Positions 49,989 through 63,425 of a stretch of DNA of 64,000 nucleotides are shown piece by piece. The DNA is taken from assembly GCA_964016885.1 (NCBI GenBank), contig OZ024743.1, forward strand, positions 126,294,001 to 126,358,000, in the 5' to 3' direction. Source of the DNA: Eledone cirrhosa. Lineage: Eukaryota. The notes under the pieces were generated by a model. That model had not been told where the DNA came from, did not search any database, and saw nothing but the letters and a program-made list of their open reading frames with translations. The position numbers and the translations under genes are program-made. Numbering within the stretch: the first letter of the stretch is position 1; the number at the start of each line of letters is the position of its first letter.

Positions 49989-51395
49989 TCATCATCATCA
50001 TCATCATCATCGTTTAACGTCCATGTTCCACGCTTGCATGGGTTTGGACGGGAGTTTTCCCACTTGAGGCAAGAGTGGTTGTCATTGCTCGCATAGGACT
50101 GTCTGGCGGGTTTTCTACAGATGGATGCCCTTCCTAACACCAACCACATTTACAGTGTGGGTCTGGGAGGTTTTTACCGTGTTGCCTACACGGCCACATT
50201 ACAGCGTGGACTGTGTGTTTTTTTGTCGTGACACCTACACGATCTCATTTGTTTCGGCCTGGATGGCGCAGCACCAACATAACTTTACATTGAAAGGGGC
50301 GGTGTGGATGGGGTAGGGGAGGTGGGACGGGGTGTATTTTGTTAGAGATGCCTACTGACTGTAGTAGGTTTTACTTTGTATTTAGGTAAGGCGGGTCTTC
50401 TCTATTACTGAGTACCGCCAAAGGTCTCGGTCCAGTGACATTGTCTTGGAGAGGTGTAAGTGTGTGAGGTCAGAATTTATCAGCTCGTCCCAGGTTTTTC
50501 TGGGTCTGCCTACTCCGTGGCTACCGTCTATCTTTATTGCCCTGCACTTTGTTATACAGCTGTCGTCTTTCATGCGCATCACGTGACCATACCAACGTAG
50601 CCTTCTCTCGAGTAAACAACATCTGATCCCTCTTATTTCTAATTTTTTCCTTAGTTCGTTTATGCTTTGCCGTTCACGTATATTACTATTGCACATCCAG
50701 CGGAGCATGCAAGCTTCGTTCCTCTCTAGTCTGCGTATATCCTCTGCACACAATGCCCAGGTCTCACTGCCATGCAGCATTGCTGTTCGTATGCAGGCAT
50801 TGTATAACCTGCCTTTCATTTTTTGGGAGAACCCTTTAGCAGCTAATAGTGGTATAAGTTCTCTGAACTTTTTCCATCCCGTTCTGACTCTAGCTACTGT
50901 ACTTTCAGAGCACCCTCCCCCACTGCTAATTTTGTCACCCAGGTAACGGAAGCTGTCCACTATTTCTATAGAACCCTCTGCGCAATTGAAAGAGCTAGTA
51001 TTTTGTGGGCACTTGCTGCTACTTATTGCACCAGAGCACCGGCCACATGTAAAATCTATGTTCTTCGTTAGCTTACCTGTGATCCCACTACATCTTTTAT
51101 GCACCCATACTTTGCATTTGGGACACAAAATGGAGTTTCTACCTACGCCTTTCCTGCACACTGAGCATGGTCACTTCCCGGAAGGGACCGCCGCCTTGTT
51201 TTCTTTCTTACAAACTAGTACTTTAGTCTTAGCCAGGTTAATTTTAAGGCCTTTTGATTCTAGGCCGTGCTTCCATGTTTGGAATTTCTTCTCTAGCTCG
51301 GCCATTGATTCAGCTATGAGCGTTAGATCATCTGCGTATAGGAGTTCCCATGGGCAGCCGGTCTTGAACTCCTCTGTTATAGCCTGAAGGGCAAT
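49989..51395 (-). mobile_element. 5'-truncated RTE LINE, subfamily C
   Basis: LLYADDL, PHD-like cysteine cluster, FRYLG, MLHGSETW; one stop near 51171. Confidence 0.93.
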
Positions 51396-51462
51396 AATAT
51401 ATATATATATATGTGTGTATGTAAAATACATATACATACACATACACACACACACAGAGACT

Positions 51463-53172
51463 GATGAATGTTAGAACGAATGTTGAGAAACTATTCTCAG
51501 TAGACCCGACAGAGGGGCCAGCTATTAAGATTGACGAATATAGGGTCAAAGAGGCAGTTAAGGAAATGAAAAGTCATAAGGCCACTGGACTATCGGGAAT
51601 AGTTGCTGAGATTCTGAAGCCATCAGGAGAAGTAGGAACTAAACTGGTTGCACGCATCGTCAATCAAGCTATATATGGCGGAGTCATACCCAAAGACTGG
51701 TACAGCAGTATTCTTATAAATTGTTACAAAGGTAAAGATGATGCTCTGCAGAGGAGCAATTATAAGGGCATAAAACTGATGGATCAGGTTATGAAAGTGG
51801 CAGAAAGAATATTAGCACAACTAATTAGAGAAAGGGTCAAATTAGATAAGATGCAATTTGGTTTTGTGCCCGGGAAAAGTACAACAGATGCTCTCTTCTT
51901 AGTGAGACAACTATAAGAGAGGTTCTTAGAGAAGAATAAGCCACTATACTTAGCTTTTGTTGACCTAGAGAAGGCCTTTGATGGGGTACCCCGATCTGTC
52001 ATCTGGTGGTCCCTAAGGGAACTAGGTGTAGAGGAATGGCTTGTGAGGACAGCGCAAGCTATGTACAGAGGTACTGTCAGTAAACTGAGAGTAGGAATGG
52101 AGTTTAGTGAGGAATTCCAGATACAAGTAAGAGTGCATCACGGTTCGGTCCTCAGCCTGCTCTTGTTCATTATAGTCCTCCAAGCCATAAAAAAGGAGTT
52201 TAAGACTGGCTGTCCATGGGAACTTCTCTATGCTGACGATCTGGTACTTATAGCAGAATCAGTAGAGGAGCTAGAGAATAAATTCTGGCTATGGAAATAG
52301 CAGTTGAAATCAAGAGGACTGAGAGTGAACATAGTTAAGACTAAAGTGTTGATAAGTAGAAAAGAGGACAAAACTCTGATTCCGTCAGGGAAATGGCCAT
52401 GTTCGATATGCAGAAAAGGAACTGGCATAAATTCTATAAAATGTACACAATGCAGATCTTGGGTACACAAGAGATGTATTGGGATAGCAGGCAAACTAAC
52501 AGGTAGGGAAAACTACATATGCAGTAGATGTACAGGGAAATTTGACAGTAGAAGTTGCAGTGATAGTCAGATTTTTTTAAATGCAGGTAGGATCTATAGA
52601 AGTGGTTGATAACTTCCGATACCATGGAGATCAGATTAGTAAGGGAGGAGTATGCTCTGAGGCCATAATATCTAGAATAAGGACGGGTTGGAAGAAGTTT
52701 AGGGAGCTGCTTCCTCTGTTGACAAAGAAGGGTTTCTCCCTACGAACGATTATATGAGGCCGGTTATATGATACTTGTGTGAGATGCGCAATGCTGCATG
52801 ATAGTGAGACATGGGCAGCAACTGTGGAGGATATGTGATGGCTGGAGAGAAATGAAGCAAGCATGCTCCATTGGATGTACAATGTCAATATGAGTGAATG
52901 ACCTAGTATAGACTTGTTCAGTGAGAAACTATGTATAAGGGGGATAAGTTGTAGTGTGCCGGAGAGAAGACTGCGTTGGTATGGACATATGATGCGCATG
53001 GAGGATGACCGCTGGGTAAAGAAGTGCCAAGAAATCCCAGTAGAAGGAAGACCATGAAAAACATGGAGGAAATTACGAAGGACCGTGACGAATGGAGAGA
53101 TGCTGTGCTGAATAGGACCCGTCCCACCCTTGCAAGCAGGGAAAAGCGGACATAAAATGATGATGATGATGA
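51463..53172 (+). mobile_element. RTE LINE, subfamily B (short 3' UTR)
   Basis: NYKGIKLMDQ, QFGFVPG, LLYADDL, WPCSIC; tail CCCTTGCAAGCAGGGAAAAGCGGAC(GAT)n. Confidence 0.92.
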
Positions 53173-53197
53173 CATATGTATATATATATATATAAAA

Positions 53198-53840
53198 TCA
53201 TCATCATAATCATCATTATCATCATCATTTTACGTCCGCTTTTCCCTGCTTGCAAGGGTGGGACAGGTCGTATTCAGCAGAGCATCTCTCCACTTGTCAC
53301 GGTCCTTTGTCATCTCCTCCATGAGCTTCAGCGATCTGAGGTCTGCTCTCACCACCTCTGCCATGTTTTTAGTAGTCTTCCTCTACTGCGTCTGCCTTCT
53401 ACTGGCATTTCTTGGCACTTCTTTACCCAGCAGTCATCCATCACATGTCCATACCATCTCAGTCTTCTCTCTCGCACACCACAACTTATCCCTCTTATTC
53501 ACAGTTTCTCTCTCAACTCATCTATGCTTGGTCGTTCATGCACATTGACATTGCACATCCAACGGAGCATGCTTGCTTCATTTCTCTCCAGCTGTCGCAT
53601 ATCCTCTGTAGTTGCTGCCCATGTTTCACTACCATGTAGCATCGCGCATCTCACACAGGCATCATATAACCAGCCTTTCGTATGCAGAGAGAAACCCTTC
53701 TTTGTCAACAGAGAAAGCAGCTCCCTAAACTTCTTCCAACCCATCCTTATTCTAGATACTATGGCCTCGGAACACCCCCACCCTCCCATGCTAATCTAAT
53801 CACCATGGTATCGGAAGCTATCAACCACTTCTATAGAACC
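53198..53840 (-). mobile_element. RTE subfamily B 3' fragment, tail-to-tail with the previous copy
   Basis: Reverse complement of about 52590-53172. Confidence 0.92.
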
Positions 53841-54864
53841 CAGCCGAATGGCTGGAACAGGTAAAAGAGTAAAAGAGTATACATATGTATATATATATAT
53901 ATATATATTTACACACACATAACTGCATATATATACATGTGCAGCAGAGAAAGACTAAAGAAGACATGGAAAAAAGTGCTAAGAGCTGATCCTAAGTCAT
54001 TGAAGCTCACAGGGATGACAAAGGAATGCAATGAGTGGTGTGATGCTCTGCTGAGAAAAATCTGTCCAACCCATGCAAGAAGGAAAAGCAAATGTCAAAT
54101 GATGATGATGATGATATACAGTAAAAATACATCTATGAGGAAATGATAGCTTGTTAGAAATTATGAATAAATAAATAAATATGTTAGTGAAGGAATGAAT
54201 AACTATGTCATTGGATGAATGTTTAAATGGATAGAATAGTAAATGATGTAAGTGGACATAATAGCCTACATCAATGAATAAATCGGTCAAACGATTTAAT
54301 GGGTGAAGACCAATGAGTTCAATATCCATTTTTTCATAAAGGACAATAGTATAGTTGATTGAATTAATACAATCAATGTCAGAATATTTACATAATATGG
54401 TGCTTATTGCAATATTAATAATAGTACTTAGAATATTGACCCTGAGAGGCAAAGTTGATCCTAGGTAGCATTAACTCTTTAACTCGTAACATCCTGAACC
54501 ACATGAAAAAGCATTAGCAAAACATTCTTTCATACAAAATAACATTATGAGTGCATCACATTGAAAATTGAAGTCTTTACTTTAGTACAACTAATTTTTT
54601 CAATCATCTGTTCATTAGTAAAGATATTATAAACATTTGAATTAACAAATCAATTTTTACATGTTTTCTACTGAAACTTTACTGGATGTTAAGAGTTAAA
54701 CACCAACCTGCTTGAAACTGCATGAAAACCTGGCAGAGCCTATCCCTCACCAGGTCTGCACACAGTCAATTTCTTCCAGAGAAGTAGAGAAATTGATAGA
54801 GAGGAGGTGAAAAAGAGATATAGAGGAAGAATCAACTTCAGTATTGGACCAGTTCTTTTTTTTT

Positions 54865-55532
54865 AGACCACCGACTTTTCCAGGTTAAGTTTCACTCCCG
54901 TCAACCTTTCATGTTCCTCCAATAAGGTGCCGACCACCTCGATTTCCGAGGTGTCTGACACCATCATGGTGATGTCGTCCGCATAAGCTGATACAGCCCT
55001 TCCTGGTTCGAGTAGGATGCCCTGCAACAGCTCCAGCTTGTGCAGTAAAGGGTCGAGGATTAATACATACAGAAGGGAAGAGAGAGGGCACCCTTGACAG
55101 ACCGATTGGGAGATCTGAAATGGTTCCGAAAGGTAGCCATTAACTTTGACCACTGAGCAGATGCTGCTGTGCATTGCCGCAATCCAGCCTCTAAAGATGG
55201 GACCAAAGCCTTGAGGACAGCTTCCAGGTATCGATGGTCAACCCCATCGAAAGCTTTCGATTGATCTAAATTGATCAGAGCCCCACTGAAGCCAGGTTTG
55301 CACCCTGCCCCCTCTATGATGTATTGCATGAAGAGGAGGTTGTCGTGTATGGACCTGTATGCACAAGTTTGCGCCTCCCCAACAAAATCCTCGACATCAA
55401 GTGCCAACCTCTTCACTAACACCTTGGTCAAAATCTTCAAATCTGTGTTGAGCAGAGTTATGGGCCTGAAGTTATCTAATGTGTCCCTCTTGTCTTTCCT
55501 CATCAGCGTCACTATGCCAGGCTCATAGAACT
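54865..55532 (-). mobile_element. Tx1-like LINE RT fragment
   Basis: NFRPITLLNTDLKIL, RSIHDNL, LDQSKAFDGVDH, QGCPLSSLLY, SAYADDIT. Confidence 0.9.
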
Positions 55533-55983
55533 GGGAATAATAATAATATGTATACTATATATAAGCCATATAGAAGTATAGCTGTATATAACAATGCATC
55601 TTATATACAGATAAGTCATATACACAGCTCAATCATCTTGTATCTAAAATTATACTGTAGTTATATATTCTAATGTCCCAATCATCTCTACTGCTCTGCA
55701 GAAGATGATTATTAATGTATTATAATAATGATAATCTAGCAACAATACAGGATAATCTGCTTTCCTCGAGGATCACAGACAATAATTATAGTGGTTCAAA
55801 ATTCAATGTTAGTGAGGTAATGACATTGACAGTAGAGGCAGAGATGGGAGTATATACCAGTACATTAGTTTCTAGGATTTACTAAGAACATTAACTGAAA
55901 AACAGACAAACAGCTATTGACCTATATATATATATATATACAAACCATGCTAGTATGGAAAATGAACAGTAAACGATGATGAT

Positions 55984-56408
55984 GAGGCGCATGGCTTAGT
56001 GGTTAGAGCATTGGGCTTATGGTTAGAGCATTGGGTGAGTTCAATACTCGGACCGAGTGATGTGTTGTTTCCTTGAGCAAGACACTTTATTTCACATTGC
56101 TCCAGTTTACTCAGCTGTAGAAATGAGATGATAGGACTGGGGTCCCTATCATTCCACTGCAAAGTGGTCATGGAGGTGCCATGGCAAGAAAGCACCCAGC
56201 CCACACTGTAAAGTGGACGTGTAGGTGCCATGGAAAAAAAGCACCCAGCACTCACTGTAAATGAGGTTGGTGTTAGGAAGGGCATCCAGCTGTAGAAATC
56301 GAGCCAAAATCAGTTCCCATATGAACAAGGCAAGGTCAGCCAACCGGACACTACCCACAACAGGACAACCCATCTAACCCATGCTAGCGTGGAAGAACGG
56401 ACATAAAA
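55984..56408 (+). mobile_element. tRNA-derived SINE with a pure RTE subfamily A tail
   Basis: Head as at 49014; 3' part collinear with the 3' UTR of the LINE at 45211-45490. Confidence 0.88.
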
Positions 56409-56410
56409 AG

Positions 56411-56443
<33 letters not shown>

Positions 56444-57150
56444 CAGAGAGAGAGAGACAATTACACTTGTGTATTTATATATGTATTCATACTCAAACTT
56501 ATTTACAATCATGCTTGTTCTCTTTTTGACTCTCTCTCTCTCTCTCATACATAAATTATTTTGTTACATCAACAATACATTTTCCAAATACACATATCTC
56601 ACGAGGAGGATTTAAATGGACCCTTTCAGTTCATCAGTTCAGCCATATTGGAATGAACTCTGATATTGGTTTAGTCCTTCTTTTATAAAAGAGTTTAAAA
56701 AAGGGTCAGTAATTATTAGTGGTTAGGTGTTTGGAATAAAAAAGGGAGGCAACCCCTTTTTTAAATGAGAGGAAAATAGAGTTAACTTATGTCATGTTTA
56801 TAGTTTATTGTAAGCTTAAGAATCTGCATGGGTTAGAGTCAATAAAGTAAAAATCTGTAGGAGGGTGATGATGGTGAGGAGCAAGTGGGGAGTGGGAAGG
56901 GCACCTCAGATAGCTTATTTAATGTTAATAAGAGCCTCTGCACATTGGAGGGTTTATAGAAGTTAATTGTTCATAGGGAGGGGTGAAATGTACATCAAGA
57001 TGTGTTGTTGGCGTTCTGTGATTGTAATATTCTTAACCTGGGTTTTTCCATTTTTTAGGTATATATTTGGACATGTATGGGCAATGTTTGAAGAATTCTA
57101 TTCTAGTATTTAGGCAGTGGATTGAGGTTTTTGTAGGATGTTGCATCTTT

Positions 57151-57211
57151 CAACTGTGCATATATAACACAACTGTGCATATATAACACAACTGTGCATA
57201 TATAACACAAC
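57151..57211. repeat. 19-bp tandem repeat, 3 copies
   Basis: CAACTGTGCATATATAACA three times. Confidence 0.95.
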
Positions 57212-59142
57212 TCACAACCTACATCCTCTAATAAATTTATTTCCTCGGTGCTTTGTAAATTAAAAATTTGAGCTTCACACAACATTTGTTTACATTTTCA
57301 AAAAGCTGTTTGATTCAGCTCCTTAATTTAGAAAGTAGGATATTGTCAGAGGTCCCTTAGCTCAATGGTTAGAACATCTAGCCAGTATCTGGGAGATACG
57401 GAGTTCAATTCTTTGTAGTGGCTGCTGCGAACGTTTTTCTGTCTTTGAGGGTCTGTACCAAATTTTATAACTATTTTATAACAACTGACTGTAATTGCAG
57501 TTATTTTCTGTGCTTGACCATCATACATGCTTTTATGGCATACTCACATGGTTACTGGGGTAGCTGTAACAAGGTCACAGCTTAAGTTAGCATAGGGAAA
57601 CTTGTATATTTTTATTATACATAAACATATTGTATATGCTTTCATATTTACCTCTATTATGAATCAAGCCATGTTAGTTCTACAGCTAATATATATACAC
57701 AGCTTTATCACAGAACATCTGGTTCTGTGACAAGACTGTTCATTTAAAATGCTCATATCTAAATAAAAGCCTTCATAATATAAATTTTAGAACATTTTTA
57801 TTGTAAATACCAAGTTAATGAAAAGGTTGTCTTATTAAATCTCTTCAAATTCTCAAATATCTATATATAAATTTCTGTTATTCTGTCACAACACGTAAAG
57901 AGAGAGGAGTAGTTTGACTACCTCATACTACTCCTCTCTCTTTACATCTGCTGCCCGCATGAATGTGTGTGTTTAAAAGGAAGGCAGGAGGTGGTGAAAA
58001 AACTATAGCAAAATAGTGGCTAGCGTTCCATTTGTTATGCTGTGTAGGTGTGTCTGTGTTTGTGTGAATGTATGTGTGTATTTGTGTGTTTGTATGTCTG
58101 AGTGTGTACTTTTGTAAGTTTGTCTGTGTTTACACGTTTATATCTATATACTCATAAATATAAATGTATGCATATGCACATACACACATATGCGTCAGCA
58201 TGTCGAAAAATATTGTATTTTTCAAAATTATTTGAAATGCATTTAATATATTTCATGAAAAATATGGTAATGAAATGGTTAAACCAAGTGATGATGTATG
58301 TTTATATGCTACATAAAACTACACCCTGCAATGTAGCAGAGATGGAATCAGAAAGTGTCATAGAAAAACTGCCTAAAAATATCCCATCTAACCCAAGCCA
58401 CCATGGAAAAAAAAGCATAAAAATGGTCATTATTCTCATAGAGACTAAGTCCCGTTATGTGTAATTCAAGCTCTTACACAAGTTTGAATATTTGTCTGTT
58501 TTATTAGAACACTAACTGGCCCGTCCGGCTGGCGCCCGGCTAGGTATACCAGCATTTTATCTTTTCAGGAATCCCCCCCCCCTCCACTCCAGTGCAAAGA
58601 TACCGCACGCCCTCTCAAGTCACATTGTCGTACCAAGTACGTATCAAGGGAGGGAGTTATTGTGGTGACTCATTTCTGACGCGTGAAAAATACCACCACC
58701 ACTGGAATGCTCAACGACCATAATCACTTGATTCCATGGTAAAAGTTACAACTGTGGTGTTGGACCATTAGTTTTGCCACAATCCTGCTATTGTCGCACT
58801 GGTTGTGAGGGCTTTCTAAAAGATCTGATGCAGGCCTACCGCCAGGTGCTATCCGGCTGGGCCTGCTAGTTTAATGTACTGGCAATTAATGTAGCAAGGA
58901 ATATAGTGGTGATTTGAGTTGAATGCGTCAACATGCTGCTTGATTGTCTTCATGCTCCCCATTGTTACCAGCATAACCCTCACTGACCTATATTTCCCCT
59001 CCAGTAAACATGCCAATCTCTTCTTTCTATGTAAGTCTGGATGAAATGCTAGTGGCAAGTGTGTGGTTTTCAATAAGAGGTACGTTCCTGCACTATCTTG
59101 TGACTACGGAGTTAAGTGGGGAAAGCTATTGTGGTGACTCAC

Positions 59143-59555
59143 TGCTCTTGAGACTGGGCTGATCGAATGGCTCTTGCATGAGTCCTCAGTTGCTGAAGGT
59201 GAGACTGGTGCTGCTCTTGAGACTGGGCTGATCGAATGGCTCTCGCATGAGTCCTCAGTTGCTGAAGGCAAGACTGGCGCTGCTCTTGAGGCTGGGCTGA
59301 TCGAATGGCTGTCGCATGAGTCCTCAGTTGCTGAAGGCGAGACTGGCTTGCTCGACTGGCTCTTTCATGAGTCCTCATTTGCTGAAGGCGAGACTGGCGC
59401 TCCTCTTGAGGCTGGCCTGCAAGACTGGCTCTTGCATGAGTCGTCATCTGCTGAAGGCGACGTTCATGATCATCTTCAGACTCTGCTGCTCTAGTAACAT
59501 TATTTCTTCTGAAAAATTGGATCTTGCAACCAGGCTGGGGCTTTTTGGGTGGCAT
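59143..59555 (-). CDS. Putative first exon encoding 23-aa STPR-like repeats (Helitron Rep N-terminus-like)
   Basis: MPPKKP...RAAESEDDHERRLQQM...(QEQRQSxLQQLRTHARAIRSAQS)n from 69-bp repeats; CA|GTGAGT donor at 59142; TATA box upstream. Confidence 0.5.
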
Positions 59556-59567
59556 ATCGACAGTAAC

Positions 59568-59690
59568 ACTGATTGTTTGAACAGGTTCATGTTTGCTCTT
59601 TATATAGGTGTTATTCAGGGGAGGGTGATGCATAGAAATCGAATAACCAATCAAGTTATGAAGGGTCAATCATGACTGATAGTGATTGGC
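59568..59690 (-). promoter_or_regulatory. Pol II core promoter candidate
   Basis: CCAAT motifs near 59648 and 59684, TATATAAA at 59606-59599, initiator-like TCAGT at 59572-59568, ATG at 59555. Confidence 0.4.
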
Positions 59691-59862
59691 TTCAGTTAAA
59701 ATGTGATTGCACGCGCATGAGTCAAAAGGCCAAAGGGGCATTGTGTTGTTTAGTGAGATTGGTTGTGCTAATCTGTATGCCACCTACATGGAAAGATGAC
59801 AAAGGCCAGCTCCATCGATTTCATTCAATAAATCCACCATTGGCGTGTTCTACAGCATCCAG

Positions 59863-59912
<50 letters not shown>

Positions 59913-61643
59913 CTGATGTACCTAGCTTCGCTTGTGTATAATCAGACAATAAGCCGTCTGTGCTTTCGTACAGTTGAACCAAATGTAAACAAATCGCTGC
60001 ATAGTTAATGAAATAAATACAATGTTTGTTTATATTGTGTTTTTGTAGTTCTGTTTTCCGATGTATTGTGTGTTTGTGTATACAAAAATATCTGTACAAG
60101 AATATATAATTCATGTACAGATATTGCAAGCAGGGAAAAAGCGGACGTAAAATGAAATGAAATGATATAATTAATTAAAAGTTAGTTAGAAGCGAAGTCA
60201 ATGCAGACAGGCAGATATTATAGGTGCGCGACATTATTGCTATGTATCTATCTAGAAAGACAAAGTAAGAGAGCGGAATGTTGTAGTATATATATTATAT
60301 ATAATAAAGTACCAGTAATGTACTCATCAGTTTACATACGGCCGTCAGCTTTATTAATATAGATAGAAATTGACAATATACACAGAAATTTTAATCCATG
60401 ATACATAAAAAAAAAAGACGATATTATATATAAAGTGCATTGCTAACCGGAAGTGTTGACATTTGAAAATTTTAAAGAAGTGAATCTTTAAATAAACAAT
60501 AAAATATCTTTAATCAAGAATAACGAAATTTAGTAGACAAAAATAGCCTCACTTTCTTCCTTGGAAAAAGTTACATCTATGGTGCAAATTTGGTGTCATT
60601 TGGTCCAGCCGTTTGGCCAAAAGTTTATTGGCCATCAGCTTTATTAATATAGATTATGAAAATAAATTTTTTGTACAATTCGATTCAATTTATTGTCATT
60701 ATAGAAAGAAGTAATGTTTTTTATTGAGTAACTCTGATTAATAAAGAGAATATTGCCTCCTCACATCATCTTTTCCACAAAAACAGCCCCCACCTGCTTA
60801 CCTACATCTCACATCATATTCAACAAAAGCAAAATCCCCACCCCTACCTCCACACATACAAAAGATTGAAATCTTATGCATCACAAACTCTCACAGAACA
60901 GATACCATAAGAATTTCTTATTTTGGCACAAAGCCATAATTTTCAGGGATTTTGGTTTGGTCACTTCATTCAACAGCCAGAGACTGCTGTGATCTATGAA
61001 GGCCCAAGAGGACAAAAAAAACAATACCTGTCTACAAGAGTGAATAATTTCAACCATTGTCTGGTTGAACACCACCACCTGCCCCTTGGCTGCTTTTAGT
61101 GGAGTTCACTTTGATACAAGAATTCAGATCTGGTCTCCTATTTGAGGACAACTTCTTTCCGTTAGTCTTGGAGGCCCTAAAAAGGATTGGGTACTGCACT
61201 TCCTTCTTTTACTAAACAGTCATCATCATTTTACGTCTGCTTCCCACATTGGCATGGATCAGATAAGTCATCACAGTCTGAGCCTAGACAGGTCAGAGTG
61301 ACCTCATCTTGCTCATATGTTCCAGATTTAACAAAATTTCTGTAGCTGAATTCCCTTCCTAACACCAACCACCTTTTCATGGGATAATCATTATCCTTTA
61401 ACAGAGTGTGCTAGACGCATTTTATCATGGCACAATTACTGCCACTTCACAGAGAGTGCTGGGTGCATTTTATATGGCACCATCACTACCACTTTACAGA
61501 GCATACTGGGTGCATTTTATTGTGGTACCAGCACAATCACTTTACAAAATGTACTGAATTCATTTTATCATGGCACCAACATTAGAGAGGTAGTAATATG
61601 CGTGGTCAGACAAAAGAGATTCCTCTACCCTATATTGTTTGCA

Positions 61644-61823
61644 TTGGCAGTATCGGTAGAGAGTCGGACACCCTGCTTTGCAGCATAGTTACGGCCCTTT
61701 ATGATCTGAGTTCAAATCCTGCCAAGGTTAATTTTGCCTTTCATCCTTACGGGGTTGATAAAATAAAGTACCAGTAATGCACTGGGTAATGGCTGGTCAT
61801 GTGCCAAAAGTAGAAACAATTAT
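61644..61823 (+). mobile_element. Nin/Deu SINE (another copy at 62700-62873)
   Basis: A and B boxes plus core motif. Confidence 0.85.
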
Positions 61824-63236
61824 TTTTACAGTTGGATGCTCTTTTTATTTTAACCATTCAATATTACCCCTTTCATTGCCATATTTCTAATATAATACAC
61901 TGCATGTGATTTTCAAATCATTTTGAAAATAATCGTGTAATTGGAGAGATTTAGTAATATAACTCATTATTATGCTAGTATTTGGAACATAACTTAAAGG
62001 TTCTTACATAAAATTATGGTGGAAAGATGTTAGATAAATATAAACACTTTAAAATAAAAGTTTTGTATCATAGAACCAGGGTGACTTTCAGGCAGTTTAG
62101 TATAAGAATTGTGACTGTTGTTTAGCCCAAGGTTAGCACTGATTGAGCAGACCTATGATCAAAGGTGTTCAAGCCTCAATCATCTTGTCTTTACTCGGGT
62201 TTAATGTAATCAGGACTACATTCTCCAATGTGTCCTTCTATTTTAAGACTGGATGGTATGATTAGATTGTTATTTCTAGCAGTTTGAAAGACTGCTAAGA
62301 GACTCCCTCAATAAACCAAGGTAGAATCTATTGCTGACCAAACAGACTAAAATGGCCTTTTCTTTCTTTTTTAGAGAGGGACATGTGATTGGTGGGAGGG
62401 AGGATCCTGAAAATAAGGTATTCTTGGCATCAGGAAAGACATTTGTCCCCATCCTCACCTACTAGTACCAAACCATAACTTTGAACAACTTGTAAGATGA
62501 GCTGTCTTTGGCAGACAGCTGGCAAAACCAGAAAGGAGTGAATCAGAAATTAAGACATTAGGCAGATGGTTCATGCCATACCCATCACTCAGTTCATAGC
62601 TCAACAAAATGTAAAATTGTTTTGTCATCTAAGGGAATGCCAATTGGTCAGCCAGAACTAGGGTAAGACACTCCACACCCACAGTATTACATTATTACAG
62701 GGTGGTGGATTGCCAGTATCGGTAGAGTGTCAGACACCATGCTTTGCAGCATAGAGTTATGCTCTTTTACGCTGAGGTTAGCTTTATTTTTCATCCTTAT
62801 AGGGCCCATTAAATAAAGCACCAGTAATGCACTGGGTTATTGCTGGCCTTGTTCCAAAAGTAGAAACAATTATCACAGGCTTCAAGCCTGCTACAGATCT
62901 CCAACTTCATCTTTCTCATGACACCTTCCCAGTAGGAGCAACAGGACCACAACAAAAAAACAACAACAACAAAACAATGATGATGATGGTAGTGTTATTG
63001 GATGTGCTGCTGATGATGACAATGATGAGAATAGTGATGATGGTGAGGATGAGAGATTTTTAAAAACATAGTTGCCACAACGCAGGTAACTATAATAATA
63101 GTTTTGCATAAATTGAGAGATGGAAAAAAGTGGAGATGCTGTCCCCAGGAGTAGTTTATCTGATTTATTAAATTATTTATAGATAAACGTTATGAATTAA
63201 TTAATGAGCTGAAAATATTTAAAATTTGAAAAAGAG

Positions 63237-63425
63237 AGTGTCCCAAATGTAGAAAATAACTGTAATAAGAGTCAATGACAATAGATAATAGTTGAGATAG
63301 AGATGGAAAAAATGGGCAGGCATTTTTGTCCACTTTTTTCTATCACTAAAGATTATTTATCCAATTTTCTCAAATATCTATAGTGACTGACTGTTATTGC
63401 AGTTATTTTTGCATTTGGGACACTC
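63237..63425. repeat. Foldback/MITE-like inverted repeat
   Basis: GAGTGTCCCAAATGTAGAAAATAACTGTAATAAGAGTCA pairs with TGACTGTTATTGCAGTTATTTTTGCATTTGGGACACTC. Confidence 0.75.

Larger units (their letters stand above)
58512..60653 (-). mobile_element. Composite/nested non-autonomous Helitron cluster
   Basis: Two 5' ends A|TCTATATTAATAAAGCTGA(C/T)GGCC at 60653 and 60363; GC-rich hairpin plus CTAG-like 3' ends near 59910 and 58512, and on the plus strand at 58869. Confidence 0.6.

Noticed and set aside
55494-55507. Minus-strand CTGATGAGGAAAG motif
   Set aside because: It encodes TLMRK in the Tx1 RT frame and has no stems.
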